Assembly: GCF_036321535.1 (NCBI RefSeq)
Contig: NC_087436.1
Span: forward strand, 69,752,001-69,816,000
Reading direction: 5' to 3'
Source of the DNA: Camelus dromedarius
Taxonomy: Eukaryota
Length of the DNA: 64,000 nt
The position numbers were made by a program, and so were the translations under genes. Positions 1-13,834 of the stretch are shown piece by piece. The notes beneath the pieces are model-generated. The model was given only the letters and a program-made list of their open reading frames with translations. It was not told where the DNA came from and ran no database searches. Positions within the stretch are counted from its first letter, which is position 1. Each line of letters begins with the position of its first letter.

Positions 1-199
1 TTGAGGTTTATTCAGTTTTCTTAATATATTATTAGCTCCTAGTTTAAAAATTATGCAAGCACACTAGCTATGAGAATGAGCCTAAATTGGAATTCTTAAA
101 AAAAAAATCCTCTCTCATTGTACATCATCACAGTCATACCATAAGTAATGTATGGCTAGGATAGAGGTCGTCACCTTTGACTTGTTTGTTCTTCTCTAG

Positions 200-688
200 G
201 ATTACAGTGGCAATTTTGGCAGTCGTTACCCAATTAACCCATCTCTGAATATTCCTTATCCCCTGCCAGAGAGTGACTTCGCCCCGCCCAGCAATCCTCC
301 GGGGAATAATTTCCCCAGTTACCCTAGGAATCGTGACCCTGATAAACGGATACTCCCAAATCCCTGGATTTTCACTGCTTTTGGGGCCCCCTTCTACCGC
401 ATTCCCAATTTTCCCACACCTTCTTGGTTGCCCCGCCCTCTTCCTCCTCCTCCTCGTGGGGATCTCCCCTTCCTCCCACCCCCAAGTAGACGTTGGGGCC
501 CTTTTTCCCCAACTGAGACAGCTCTACCTGTTGCAGCCAAACCATACGTAGCTAAGCCTTTTGTCCCACCTACACCCCCACGCACTGTCCCCGAGATTGA
601 GCCGCCTGCCGTCACTGCGCCGGATGAAGGCGAGCCCGCCGCCGCCGCCGCCGCCGCCGCAGGGCCTCAGCCCTCGGCTTTGGACCAG
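200..688 (+). CDS. PRR27: PRR27 (proline-rich protein 27/C4orf40) large internal coding exon; upstream exons lie outside the window
   Basis: ttcttctctag| acceptor, 163 open codons DYSGNFGSRYPINPSLNIPYP...PWIFTA...PPPRGDLPFLPPPSR...EPAAAAAAAAGPQPSALDQ, |gtgggt donor at 689. Motifs match PRR27 as recalled (PLHPSLNIPY, PWILTS, PPRGFPFVPPSR, PSPSLEQ); position upstream of ODAM fits the cluster order. Confidence 0.9.
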
Positions 689-794
689 GTGGGTTGCCTC
701 AGTCTTACTCCCATGACGCACGGAGTTGTAGCAGCGGGAAAGAAACATAATCTCCCAACAGGCAAACGTGCATCGGTTTAAACATTTTAAACAC

Positions 795-1360
795 TTCTAT
801 TGAGACACAATGACATACAGCAAACTACCAAAACTGAAAGTGTATATTCTGAGAAGTTTTGACTTGTATTTGACATGCGCATGAAAAAACTAACCAGGAA
901 AATGAATATATCCACCACAGCCAGAAGTTTCCTCCTGTTTTGTTTTGCTTTGTTTTGTTTTAATAATCCAACCCTCCCCTTTTTCCTGTTCTTGATCTAT
1001 TTTCTGCCAGTACAGATTGGCTTGCATTTTCTAGAATTTTATGTAAGCAGAAACACACTATATACGCTTTTGTGTCTGGCTTCTGTCACTCAGCACAATT
1101 ATTTTATTTGTCCATGTAGTTATTCATAGCAATAGTTCAGTCTCTCTCTCTCTTTTCTTTTTTTTTGCAGAGTAGTATTAGATTATATGGATATATCATA
1201 ATTTTTTTAACCTACCCATTCATTTATTGATGGACATTTTAATTTCCAAACTGGATATCATTTATTTATATCCATTTATTTTATTGTACACTGTACTGGC
1301 TTAAAGTGCACAGTTCAATATTAAATAAAAGTGATTCAGTGAGTATCTCTGCCTTGTTTT
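795..1360 (-). mobile_element. Old L1M 3'-end fragment
   Basis: Antisense L1 3'UTR-like motifs (tgtgtctggcttct..cactcagcac, ttgcagagtagtatt, gatggacattt). Confidence 0.6.
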
Positions 1361-1682
1361 TGACATTAGGGGAAAACTTTCATTTTAGGATACCGTGAGG
1401 TTACTAGGCTTTTAACATTTAGTACACAGGAACAGAGAAGCATTTTGATCTAAGGTGAATTTTTCCCATTGCAGAGATCAAACCATCCTGAGTGCTCAAT
1501 CATATGCCCTGTGAATTTCAAGTTTTCTGTTCTCTGGCTTGTGGGATCAAAAGCTTTCTCCTATGCTATGTTAGCACCAGATACTGTTCCGTTTTGTCCT
1601 TTTAAGTGGTTCTTTTACCTAATCTGAGGTAGTATCTTCATATGAATAATGTATCCTTGGTTGAAAGTATCAGAATAACCTT

Positions 1683-2352
1683 CATTTATTTATTTATTTT
1701 TATTGAGATAGAGTTGATTTATGATATGATATATGTTTCAGGTACACATGATAATGAGTCAATATTTTTATAGATTTTATACTCTATTTAAAGTTATTGC
1801 AAAACAATGGCTACATTTCCCTGTGCTGTACAGTATATCCTTGTTGCTTATCTATTTTATACATAGTTTGTATCTCTTAATCCCACACCCCTATCTTGTC
1901 CCTCCCCTCTGCCTTCTCCCCACTGGTAACCACTAGTTTTGTTCTCTATAATAATGAGTCTTTTTCTGTTTTGTTATATACATTTGTTTGTTTTAATTTT
2001 TAGATTCCATATATAAGTGATAACATAGAGTATTTGTCTTTCTCTGACTTTTCAGTAAGCATAATACTTTCTAGGTCCATCCACATACTTGTAAATGGCA
2101 GAATTTCATTCTCTTTGTGGCTGAATAATATAAATATGTATGTATATAAATATAATATATTTTTATATATGTATATAAATATAATATATATTATATATTA
2201 TATATAATATATAATTCCATTACATATATATGTGTGTGTGTGTGTATGTGTGTGTATATATATATATCTCACATCTTTCTTATCCACTTATCTATTGATG
2301 GACACATACTTTGCTTCCATTTCTTGACTATTGTAAATAATGCTGCATGAAT
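1683..2352 (-). mobile_element. L1 (L1MA-like) 3' end with internal (TA)n/(TG)n tract at ~2130-2270
   Basis: T-rich tail, ttccctgtgctgtacagta, ttagattccatatataagtga, aatggcagaatttcattct, ttgtaaataatgctgc. Confidence 0.8.
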
Positions 2353-3449
2353 ATAGAATAACCATTCTAGATCTTTGTATCTATGTCTTTGTCCCTTTGT
2401 TTCTGTCAGGTTCTCTGCCCTGTGAATTTCAGCTATCTTGGTCTTCCTGGATTCCCAGCTCCATCTCCCTTCCCTGAGGCCTGGAAACTGTGTAGGCAGT
2501 AAGCTAGGACAATCATCATGTTCATTTCATTTGCTTCCTATCTCTTAGAGATCACTGTTCTTCATAGCTTGATGTTCAGATCTTGAGAAACTGTTGCTTC
2601 TCATATTTTTGGTAATTTAAAAATTTGTTCCAGGCAAGAAGGTGATCCAGCTTCTGTGACTCATCTTGACTTAAATGATAGTTCTCTAAACTTTTTAAAA
2701 ACAATATTTTTTTGATAAATACTTTTAAAATACTTCATCCTTAAATTTTAGTAGATGTGGCTATTTTATAAAAGGGACAGTGGGATTCCAAAGCACGTCA
2801 AAGATACCCTGGGCACAGGCTGTAAAACAAATGGGAGCTTAAATCCAACAGTGAATAATTTCTAAAGTATATTGCTATTAATTGAATACTCCTACTAGTT
2901 GTTTCCTAGAAGAGGTACAAACTTCTGTTCCTATTCCCTTGTACCTGATAGGGATCAGGATCAACTTAAATGGTTGCTTGAAACTGCTCTAGGGAAGTCT
3001 GAAGAGCCATCCTTTTCCTCCAATTCTCCACACATGAACGTGCTACTTCAGTAGGTTTCTTCAACACAGAACACTCTCCTTCTGCCCGTATTTACAGGTA
3101 TTTACATACCTGTAGTTCACGGCTCTCATGAAGGTAGAGAGGAATGTTAGAAAGTATGGATAGAAGGAAATGACTTGATAAGAAGGGGCCTTGAAAACAT
3201 TGCTAAATATCTTAGACTGTTTCCTGTAGCTGACAGAATTTATTAAAGACCTTCTTTGAGAGGAGTGACTTGACCAGTTCTCTGTTTCCAAAAGTTGAGC
3301 CTAATGGCAATACAAGGTATTCTAAATATGAGTTACGAAGAAATCATCAGGGCACAGCTTCTTAGAGAATAAAGATTATTCAGAAAAGATAGGTCCAATA
3401 CTATACATTTTTATTATGTATGAAAGATCTTTTTTTTTTTTCTTTTTAG

Positions 3450-3461
3450 GTAAAGAAGTGA
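3450..3461 (+). CDS. PRR27: PRR27 last coding exon (VKK-stop; exon 3450-3498)
   Basis: Long T tract + ag acceptor, GTA AAG AAG TGA in phase 0, donor cg|gtaagt at 3499; mirrors the 3-residue C-terminal end (ANQ*) of human PRR27 as recalled. Confidence 0.8.
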   Translation, partial: VKK

Positions 3462-4481
3462 ACTTTTCAAGAGAAGAGAGTACCATACATTTGTTTCGGT
3501 AAGTCACATATAATAATGAGATTTAAAAATCATGCATTAAATAGATGAAATCTCATCATCTGAACTTGCTTTACAATACATTTTCTGATATGAAAATGAG
3601 AAAGTGGGGTATGGAGAAATATTGCTGGTCTGGCTTCAGACGTCTGAAGTGATGAGCTCATGCCGTACGTGAGAGACTCAGGCAGCTTTTGGACAACTAG
3701 ACAGTTCTTTCTTACATAGATCCAAAGTGATTATGACTTGAATATTCCAGAATTAGAGGTCAAAAGAGAGAAGAAACTTCCATATGGGGGAAGGGGACTG
3801 AATTACAGATGAGAGAAACCACTGTTAAAGCTCTCACAGATCATGCTGTAGGTTGTTCATTCAACCCCCATTCTTACCCCACACTGAGATCCACTGTTTT
3901 AGAAAACAAACAATGGGCTATTTAGATCTCAGATCTCCTGTTCCCACCCCATTCCCCACAATAACCTTGCCCCCAGTCTGCCATTACACATTGTCCTGGG
4001 AAGAAAGGCATCGGTCAGCAAGCTCAATTAGACTCATTCCACCTTAGTCATCTAAGCAACAAATGTGATTTCCCTCATTCCAAGTTCTCATTCATTCATT
4101 GCTCCCCAAAGCTGTTCCAATTTTACTGCTATGAATAGTAACTGGACAGAAAAATGGTAAGGCTTGTGTGACCGTCAGCCAAATCAGAATTTCTACTGAG
4201 GTGACATCAGTATTTAAAATAGAACTGGAAACCAGATGTGATGGCAGTTAGTATTGTCAGTGATGCCTCTTAACAGCAGCTATTGCCAAGGAAATTAAAA
4301 GGCTTCAATTTTGCCTTCTTCTTTATTTAACTTGGGGTTTTATTTAGTTTACTATGATATAAGGTCAAAGAATATTGATCAGTGAATTAATTCAAGATAT
4401 TACATAAATTTAGTAATTTCATATTTTCAGTAAGCATTTGTATTTAGTTTCATACTATATTAATTACTTAATTCATAACAG

Positions 4482-4655
4482 GTGAAGGAAAGAGTGCCAC
4501 TTTTCTGGCAAAGTCCCTAAGGCAGAGAAGGAATTCTACTTCAAATCATTCAGTATCAGGAGACTGTTGATCTGAATCCAACACCTCCACGAAAAAAATC
4601 CTGTATAATAAATATATCCATGCATGCAAATAAAACATTGAACTTACATTGCATT
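4482..4655 (+). other. PRR27: Probable PRR27 terminal 3'UTR exon
   Basis: aacag| acceptor at 4480-4481; AATAAA at 4607 and 4629; a non-coding last exon is typical of SCPP genes; 3' end approximate. Confidence 0.5.
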
Positions 4656-5289
4656 TTTAAGTGAATTCATTGTTACACGAATGAATATCTATAAGAAGAT
4701 AGAGGAAAATGAGCTTGATTCTCTTACATGTCTTTTAATTGTAGCATGGATTTGTAGATGACCGTTCAATATAGTCCTTTAAGATTAAAATCATAAAGCA
4801 AAAAAAAAAAGCAATTTTCTGTAAGTAATTTGGTATTTATTATACAAAACTAATATGTTATTTTCCTTTTCCAGGAGCAATTGGTGCATAAATCAGTGAA
4901 ATCTATGAAAGTTTATTCTCTTTTCCAAAGAATTTCATTCTGTTATATTAAAAATATCAGTCTCACCATATTGGTTGGTTTGTTGTATTTTTCCATTGGA
5001 CTGAATTTATACAGAAATTAGGTTTATTGTATAATTTTTCCAATTCACAATTTAAAGGCTACTTCCTAAATATGTAAATAATAATTGACAGAGATTTAAA
5101 CATATGACAGCAATATGTGCCTTTCTTTTGAATGAAAACTGTCTAAAAAAATACAGCCCAAATGGAATGTTTTTAATCTTTTATTTCCAAAGTGGACAGA
5201 AGGTAGTCGAAGAAAAGATAAGCCTCATTCCATGGCTTTCTCTCCATTTCCTTTCCCCCAAAATGTTTCACCTACTTTTTAAAACATTT

Positions 5290-5480
5290 ATCTAATGTCA
5301 ACTTACATAGTAATTTCCAGTGCTAGGCACTGTTCTAGGCTTCTAACCAACATAAACTTATTAAGCTCTTATAATAACCGTATAAATAGATACTATTATT
5401 AGTCCCATTTTAAATATTAGGAAACCAAATAACAGAGAAGATGAATGATTGGTCAAAGATTTCACAGCTAAAAATGTGTC
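5290..5480 (-). mobile_element. MIR SINE
   Basis: gtgctaggcactgttctagg...attattagtcccattttaaatattaggaaac. Confidence 0.6.
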
Positions 5481-5749
5481 AGGCAGAATGAGAAAGCACA
5501 CCAAGAAAATGTGGTATTAGAACTTTAGAAGACTAGAAATTAGATTAAATTAATTAGAAATTAGAAGAGAACACAAACTAACTTAAAGTTAAGCATGATG
5601 GGTGTACTGGTTTCTTCTGGCTATTGCAAAAAATTGCCAAGTTGGTGGCTTATACAAATAAAAATTACAGGAGGTCCAAAATCAAGTTTCCAGGGCTAAG
5701 ATTAATGTGTCACCAGGCTTATGGAAAGCTGCTTCTTCCAGCTGTTTCT

Positions 5750-6115
5750 TTCTCATCTCAGGAAATTACCACATAAAACTTGGAGTCACCCTTGACCCAT
5801 TCTTTTCACTCATAAATCACACCCAAGCTGTCAGTATATAGTGTCAGCTCTACCTTTGGAAGACAAGCAGAATCTAACAAATTCTGACCATTTCCACTGC
5901 TACCATCTGGCTAAAGCCATCATCATTTTTGACTTGGAGTACCATAACAGCTCCCTACTGGATGCCTCTGCAAATATCCTTGTCCATCCATTATCTCCTT
6001 CTACCCTATGTCAGATCATGTCACTTCCCCACCTCTAAAGAGCTATGTGACTTCCGTATCAGAATTAATGCCTCATCTCTAACCCTGATAGTGGGACCTT
6101 CCATTACCTCTGTGA
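5750..6115 (+). mobile_element. L2 fragment
   Basis: aaacttggagtcacccttgac...ccatcatcatttttgacttggagtaccataacagctcc. Confidence 0.6.
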
Positions 6116-6340
6116 TTTAATATATTTATCTCAGGTCTTCTCTCAAATGTTAATTAAAATAAGCTAATTGTTGCAACATAGAACCCCCAAATCTCAGCAG
6201 CTTAATGCAATAAATAGTTATTTTTTAATTACACCACAGCCCAATGGAAGTTGGCTGGTTCTGCTAGGAGCCTTCACTTCAAACAGTGAAACAAAAATCT
6301 AAGTTCCTTTCACTGTATGGCTTTACCATCTCAAACACTT

Positions 6341-7310
6341 TCTTTTTTTTTTTTTTTTCAATTGAAGTACCATCAGTAATAATGTGTCAATTTCTGGTAT
6401 ACAACACAATATCCTAGTCAGGCATATACATACATATGTTTGTTTTCATTAAAGGTTATTACAAGATATTGAACATAGTCCCCTGTGCTATACAGTAGAA
6501 ACTTTTTTTTTAAATCTTTTTTTATATATAGTGGCTAACATTTGTAAATCTCAAACTACCAGCCTTATCCCTTCCCACCTCCTTTCCCTGGTAACCATAA
6601 GATTGTTTACTATTTCTGCAAATCGGTTTCTATTTTGTAGATGAGTTCATTGTGTCCTCTTTTTTCTTTTTCTTTTTTTTAGATTCCACATATGAATGAT
6701 ATCATATGGTATTTTTCTTTCTCTTTCTGGCTTACTTCACTTAGAATGATGATCTCTAGGTTCATCCATGTTGCTGAAAATGGCATTTTATTCTTTTTAA
6801 TGGCTGAGTAGTATCCCATTGTATAAATATACCACAACTTCTATATCCAGTCATCTATCAATGGGCATTTAGATTGCTTCCATGTCTTGGCTATTGTAAA
6901 TGGTGCTGCTATAAACATTGGGGTACATGTATCTTTTCACATTAGAGTTTCCTCTGGATATATGCCCAGGAGTGGGATTGCTGGATCATATGGTAAGGTC
7001 TATTTTCAGATTTTTGAGGAATCTCCCTACTATTTTCCATAATGGCTGCACCAAACTACATTCCCATCACAAATGTAGGAGGGTTCCCTTTTCTCCACAG
7101 CCTCTCCAGCATTTATCATTTGTGGACTTCTGAATGATGGCTATTCTGACTGGTATGAGGTGATACCTCATTGTAGTTTTGATCTGCATTTCTCTCATAA
7201 TTAGTGATATTGAGCATTTTTTCATGTGCCTATTGGCCATGTGTATGTCTTCACTGGAGAATTGCTTGTTTAAATCTGCCCACTTGTGGGCTGGGTTGTT
7301 TGCTCTTTAT
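6341..7310 (-). mobile_element. Younger L1 (camelid-type) 5'-truncated copy, ORF2 C-terminus + 3'UTR
   Basis: Poly-T at ~6343-6358; antisense L1 motifs (gggattgctggatcatatgg, ttcccttttctccacagcctctccagc, gtgatacctcattgtagttttg). Confidence 0.9.
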
Positions 7311-8835
7311 TGGTGAATTTAAAACATAAGAGCAAAAGTTTAAAACTCACTGAAAGAGAAAAAACAAGTGGTCCAAATGGTCGGTTATCGAAATCTACTA
7401 ATATATCTAAAACAAATGAGTGTGGGGGTGTAGGGTGGGGAGGCTAGCTCCTCAGCTGTCCTGTGACTGGCAATGCATTCATTCAAGACAGTCACCTTTA
7501 AAGTGAATGGCTCTCTGAAGTGGATGCCTCAATCAAATCTTGTCAGATGCCTGCATTACAAAAAGAAAATCCAGCTCTCATGGCTGACACTGCAATGTTT
7601 CTCTACAGATTTCCTGTTAAGAGACAGCTAACCCTTTAGAGAGGACACATTGTTCCACTGCTAGCCATCAGTACCCACAGGTTCACTTGAACTCAACAAA
7701 CATTCACAGGACATCTGCTTGGGTCCAGGCATGCTGCTAGACCTTAGGGCAACAAAGATAAATCCACTGCAGTAACTGCCCCCAAGGAATACCTGTGTGA
7801 TTTGGTAAGATATTTGTTTATTTTTATTCCTTCAGGATCAGAAGTAGCTCCTCTCAGAGAGTACAAGTTAATAGACTGGGTACTAGAGACAAAAAAACAT
7901 GTCCTAGATCTGTGTTCTGGCTTCATGACATTAGGCACTTAACCTCTCTAAAACAAACTTTCAGACTCTGAAAAATAGGCATAATAATCTCAACCTATTA
8001 AAAATGTGTTGAGTCTAAGGAAAGACACAATATCTAAAAGCACTTGATACACTTAAGCCTCTGTGATTGTAGCCCAGTTGCCCTACCTCCAAATCATCCA
8101 GTAACAGAGCCTGCTACACAGTGGTTACCTTATAAAGGTTTGGCAAATGAACAAATATTTAATATAAATAGGTAACTTGCATTCAACAGTATACAGTTGC
8201 CAGGTATGGTAAAGTATTCTTTCTAGTATCAAAAATTGATATTTTGATAGCATATAATATTTGCCAATCTCACCATCAACCCTGACTGTGTATTTGAATA
8301 ACTCTCTTAAATATCTTCTTTATCAAGGCTCACACAAAAATTCTAATTGGTGGGATGGATCTAAATAATGGTAATTTTTTTAATGTTCCCAAGATAATTC
8401 CAAAGCGCAGTCAAGATTGAGAAGAACTGACCTTTATATCATAGAAAAAGAAGACATTAAAACTTAATCTAACTAATTTCTAGAAAATTTTATCCATTTT
8501 TACACACAAAACAAAATCCTCCAAATTCTAAGGAAGACCTTTTACTCAAAAATAAACCTGGAAGTTTTTTGAAACTTAAAAAAAATAGCCTATCTCTGGC
8601 CAAATGCTGATAAAGCTGAAAAGAATTACAGGCATTTTAAAGGACACTCCAAAAAGATTATTTAAATTTCAATGGCCTGAGAGTATGGTTACACATCACA
8701 CATAATGAGAAGTTAAACAGGGCCCTTAAGCACTGGGCAACCAGTAAGAATTTTCTGATCAAGGAAGAATGAAATTAAAGTATTATTTTTGCAATAATAA
8801 TATAGAGAGAGTATGTGTTCTGTATTGAAAGAGAA

Positions 8836-9111
8836 TGTGAATGAAAAATATTGCCTGCCATATCAGTAGACAAAGTGCTAAATTCATTAACTTCAGTCAT
8901 CTGGTTTTCTTTAAATCACAGTAATATTCTGATGTTCTGAGTACCTGGTCCTTGTTGCAAAAACCCCTGTATATCCTGGCCCCTCCCTTACCTCTTTGGA
9001 GCAGTCCCTCAGAGTTATCTGAGAAGCTGCCTCCTGGGCTTGAAGTCCTCAGAAAGTCCACGAAATAAAACATAATTCTCAACTTTTAGACTGTGTGTTT
9101 TCCAGTTGACA
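8836..9111 (+). mobile_element. Solo ERV1-type LTR
   Basis: TG...CA termini, 4-bp TSD AGAA (8832-8835 / 9112-9115), AATAAA at 9064. Confidence 0.75.
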
Positions 9112-10229
9112 AGAAGAACCTAAAACTGAGAATACCACTTTAAAAACCTTGGATAGTGACAACGCAAATAAAAAGAAACAGTGAGAAGAAAAGTGATTTA
9201 GAAGAAAACTAAATAATTGTCGATGACTGGTCTGATAAGACAGACCTTTCCAAGGGTAGAAAGGAAGAAGGAATACAGGGTTTCTGGACTGTTTTACCAA
9301 ACAAAAGTGGAAAGACAGTAGGCAAACCATAAGAGAGAAGATGACCCATTACTGTTTGCTTATTACGTGGATTTCTGTTTTGTTTTTTCAGGATAGGAAA
9401 AATAAGTGAGGAAGACAATTTAGTTATGTCAATTTTGAAATTCAAGAAGTGACAGAAAATCATCTAATTAGAAATGCCAGGTAGACAAAGACAGAGAATC
9501 AAACTTCATGTGAGAATTAAAAACTGGGGATAACGGTATGACACATTCTCACTCAGTGTATATTGAGCAGACCCCCAAGAGGGGTCACTTTACAGTCAAC
9601 ACTTGAATTCCTGGAATTAAAGTCTAGAAGAATTGAATAACAACAGCATGAATTTCTGCTCTAAGTGTCATTTTAGGTAATAATGAGTCCAAGCATAGAC
9701 AATCAAAAGTTTAACCTTATAAATTATTTATCTGATGGTGATTGACCACACACTACCCATCAAGTACATGACACACAGAGACTAAGAGGGTATCATTCTT
9801 AAGAGTTCATTGCCTCATTTTACGAAAATATAAATAGGCAATCATAACATAATTTGTTAAGCAGAAAAATGGCATGATCATATGTGTTATTTGCAGCATA
9901 GGCTACGGAAGTGTTGAGGAGGGAATGGAGAGAGAAAATAAAGTCCTAATAAGAGGGACAGGTAGGAGACTGTCAAAAGAATTTAGACACATGGTGAGAT
10001 GGCTGAATAAAAACCACCACAGGAGGGACAGAAACAGCCATCGATCACCCTGGCCGGGAGTTTGGTTGTGTAACTACTTTAGGGTAATCTTAGTATTGCT
10101 TTTGAATGTAATAGATTTTTACTACACAAGTATAATTTTGGTCATAATTAGTATAACCTCTGAATGTGCTTAATTTATAAAGAACAACACGTTAATTACG
10201 CCACCCATGACTTAAAGGGTGATTCAAAT

Positions 10230-11110
10230 GTGCCATCCATACATCTGTCTTTTACTTTCCCATACACCCAGTCAGCAAATCCATTTTGACTTACCTCCAA
10301 AATATACCTCTATATCCAATTAATTCTAAACTTCTCCGTGGCTTTGAGCCTAGTTCAAGCTGTTGTCATCTCTTAGGAATAATGGGAAAGCCTCCTAACT
10401 GATCGACTTGTTTCTGCTTTTACTCCAAGATAATTCCACCAATCACTCTCCCCCACCACCCACCTCGCCCATGTTATCCACTCAGCAGTCACAGTCATAA
10501 ATTAAACCAAACATTATTCAAATCATATCACTTCTCTCCTTAAAAGCCTCCAATGTTTTCTCCATTAACATAGAATACATTCTAAACCCTTCACCATCCA
10601 TACAAGACTTACCTGCTCTGAATAACAACTTTTCCTACCACATTCCCCACCTCACTCTATGCTTACTGCACAAGGGCTTCCTTTCTTTTTTCAACCATGT
10701 TCTGTTTGATCTTATGCAAGAACCTCTGCACTGCTCTAGGAATGACAGGGCACCTTGCTACCTTTGGATCTCAGATAAATACCCTGTTTCAGAATAATAG
10801 TTCCTAAATACCCTGTCTAATTAAGTTCCCTCCACCAACCCGGTTGTTTCATGTTCTGTCACGGTTTTCTTTTTTCATAGTAGCTATCTCTTTTTAGCTT
10901 TTTATCAATTTGTGCATTTGTCTTTATTGTCACCCTCACCCAACCTCCACAAAAATATAAGCCCAATAAAGACAGGAATTTCTGTGTCTTATTCACCACA
11001 TTGTTACCACAGTCTACAACAATGTCTGAGACACATTGGGTGATCAGTAAATATTTGGGGGAGAAAAGGAGAAAGAACAGAATAAATAAAGAAATCAAGG
11101 AATGAAGGAA
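10230..11110 (+). mobile_element. L2 3' region
   Basis: cagtcagcaaatcc..., cttaaaagcctccaatg, gacaggaatttctgtgtcttattcacc, cagtaaatatttg, gaatgaa tail. Confidence 0.65.
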
Positions 11111-12839
11111 GAGAGTTTACAAATCTTCTGTATATCTACAGTACGAAATAATTTCTTGTGAACATTTCTTCTGTGTGTAATTTTGCCCCCTATCTTACAT
11201 TGAACCAGAATATTAATGTGTGTAACCATGAGGACACAGATTTCCAAAAAATGAGAAACTATCTTGGTAGAATTGTTTATTTGAGATAAATTTGCTTCCA
11301 TCTCCAAGAGTCAAATAGGGGCTAATTTTAATTTGACTTGGCCAATAATCTAAAAGTAAGACCAATAATGGTGTCATTTATTTCATATATCTTTGATATT
11401 CACTTCTGAATATTTTATGGTAAATTTGTGATCACACATTGTAGTCAGTTTTAATAATTATATTGTCAAGACTCAGGCTTTTTTCTTTGGTATATATTGA
11501 AGCCTTATGAAAAATTTATAAATGTGAGCAGATAAAACACAACAGGAAGATAAAGAAAATAAACTAAAATGTAAATATAAGAGGCTATAAAACCTCATAA
11601 AATCATAATGAATAATGAAATATTATATGGTGTAATGATATCATTTCTCCCCATTTGGGATATAGTCTTTTACTGAGCTTTTCAGGGAATGAAAGAAAGT
11701 ATTTAACCTAAGAAAAATTTGGCATTTTTAAATAAACATGACATTTTATCACAGAGGAAGGTTTACCTTCTCTGCTTTTATTACAAAGTACCATAGAATA
11801 TTCTGGTCCATCAATTGTGGTGAAATTTGAGTTGTACCTATCATTACAGTAATATTTGGGTTTTTTCCTCAGTTCTTTTCTATTGACTGCATTGAAAGAG
11901 GTTAGATTGAGTGAAAGCTAAGTGTGAATGTTTTGAATTGATATCATGTCCTTTGTGACGAACAAACCACTGAGAGTGAGAAGACAGGCATCAGGTTTGA
12001 GATGTAGGAAATTCATCCAAACCAGAAGATTGGGAACCTCTTCACTTTCTTTGTCTCCCCCATTTATTATATTCAATTTATCAAAAATCTTGTTAATTGT
12101 ACATTTAAGGCTCTTTTTTTTTTTTTTGGTGACTTCAATGAACTTCAAAAAGCCCCTTAAGTGTACATTATAGTAAATAATCCTAAAGCAAACAAAGATG
12201 TAACCACCAAAACCTAGAAATTTCATATCAAGTTATAAAACATGTTTAAGACCTCAGATATTTTTTATGTGTCCTTTTATCAAGCCATTCCTTTCTTTAT
12301 CTCTAAAGTTTAAAACTATCTAGTGGGTTAAGATAATTAATTCTGTTTTTCTTTTTAATTTTACTGCCTCTGATGAATTCCTTAAAATAATATTGCTCAG
12401 GTTTGTCTATTTTTGAGCTTTTTACAACAAAAAATACTACCATATACACCATTTGGGGGTCTGCCTTCTTTTGATCAATGTTAAAATACATTTGCAGGGT
12501 TCTCTGTGTGTGTTTATTTCCGTTTTACAAGTTTCTTTGCTTTATCGTGTTCTATTTAGCCACTGGAAAATTATATAACGCCATTGCTTGGGGGAGTTGG
12601 CTTCTACAAACATGTAATTATTCTCATCTGTTCTTCAGGATGTTGACACCTTTGCTGTTTTTCTCTAGTATCAACTCCAAGGACCACATCCTTCTTCAAT
12701 GATTGCCAGATGGTCGACTATATATCCTTTCCTGACATGTATTGATTTTTGTGAACAGGTCAGGGCTTCAAGAAATATATTCATTGACTTCTTGAAATGA
12801 GTACCAAATGTTAAGATAATCTGTATTTATGTCCTCATT

Positions 12840-13385
12840 GGTCTCATCTCATCTTGTATTTTAAATACCATACAAATACTGTCATGCCGATGGTTTCCAA
12901 ATCTTCTTCTAAAGCCTGGATACATCCTCTGAATTCTAGACTCATGTATTCAACCACCTACCTGACTTTCCCATGTAGGTGTTCAATGAGCATCTTAAAT
13001 ATTACATCTGTTAAGTACTGAGCTCATGATCTTCCTCCTACTCAACCTATTATTTCCATCATTTTTCAGTAAATGCCAACATTATTTCTTTCATTTGCTG
13101 AAGACTGAACACTTGTTATCGTCCTTGATTTCTCTCTTTCTCCAAAGTTTTACATCTGATCTTTCAAAAAATCTAGGAAGCAGAAACTTTAAATTATCCA
13201 GAATCCAGTCATTAATCAGCACCCCTATACTGATATCACCGTGTCCGACATATCTCTCCTAGATTTTTGCAGCAACCTTCTAATCAGCCTCTCTGCTTCT
13301 ATCATTGTATACCTCCTACCCCCATCTAGTACTTTTTTAGTGTAAAACTCAAAATAGTCATATGAAAATGTTCATCAGATCTCAT
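12840..13385 (+). mobile_element. L2 fragment (upstream of duplicated unit A)
   Basis: cctctgaattctagactcatgtattcaaccacctacctgac...gaatccagtc...agatttttgcagcaaccttctaatc. Confidence 0.6.
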
Positions 13386-13763
13386 TATTTTAAGATACTG
13401 CTGGTTGTCATATAAATTTTGTCCAAATTATGACCAAGGAAGAGTAAAATACATGAACCTGATATTAACAAAAGCTTCTTTCCAGCAAGAAAAAATAACT
13501 CTTCTACTGAGGTCATATTTCACTTTATTTGTGTAGAGAAAACACTGAGATATCTTTTAGACTCTGAGATACCTATTTAAAATAGCATTAACAGACATTT
13601 CAACCTAGGTTTGTTGTGATTCCTCATTATAATAGAGAAGATTAAACTTTTCTGGAGATGGAAGTGATTAATTATTTGACTGATGATCTAAAGTTCTAGT
13701 GATGCTTGAATGAAAAGGTTGACATGAATAAAGATAACAGCTGCACCTTAAGTACAAAAAGAG

Positions 13764-13834
13764 TTTAAATAGCCATGGGACTGAGTCTCAGATCATATTA
13801 GAAAGACTCACCTATCACTAAACTTGGAAATCAG
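13764..13834 (+). promoter_or_regulatory. Casein/statherin-style TATA box (TTTAAATA) and putative non-coding exon 1 (~13792-13834), unit A
   Basis: gagTTTAAATAgc, ~28 nt to atcat, exon ending cttggaaatcag|gtaata; resembles the ~44-nt casein first exons ending ...ttggaaaaaag|gt (recalled). Confidence 0.55.

Noticed and set aside
273..551. 92-aa ORF and antisense ORFs over the PRR27 exon
   Set aside because: Shadow frames of a GC-rich exon; the real frame starts at 200 and is the frame of ORF 428-781
4861..4880. Alternative PRR27 last-exon acceptor (ttttccag|)
   Set aside because: No nearby AATAAA; the 4482 exon has two poly(A) signals
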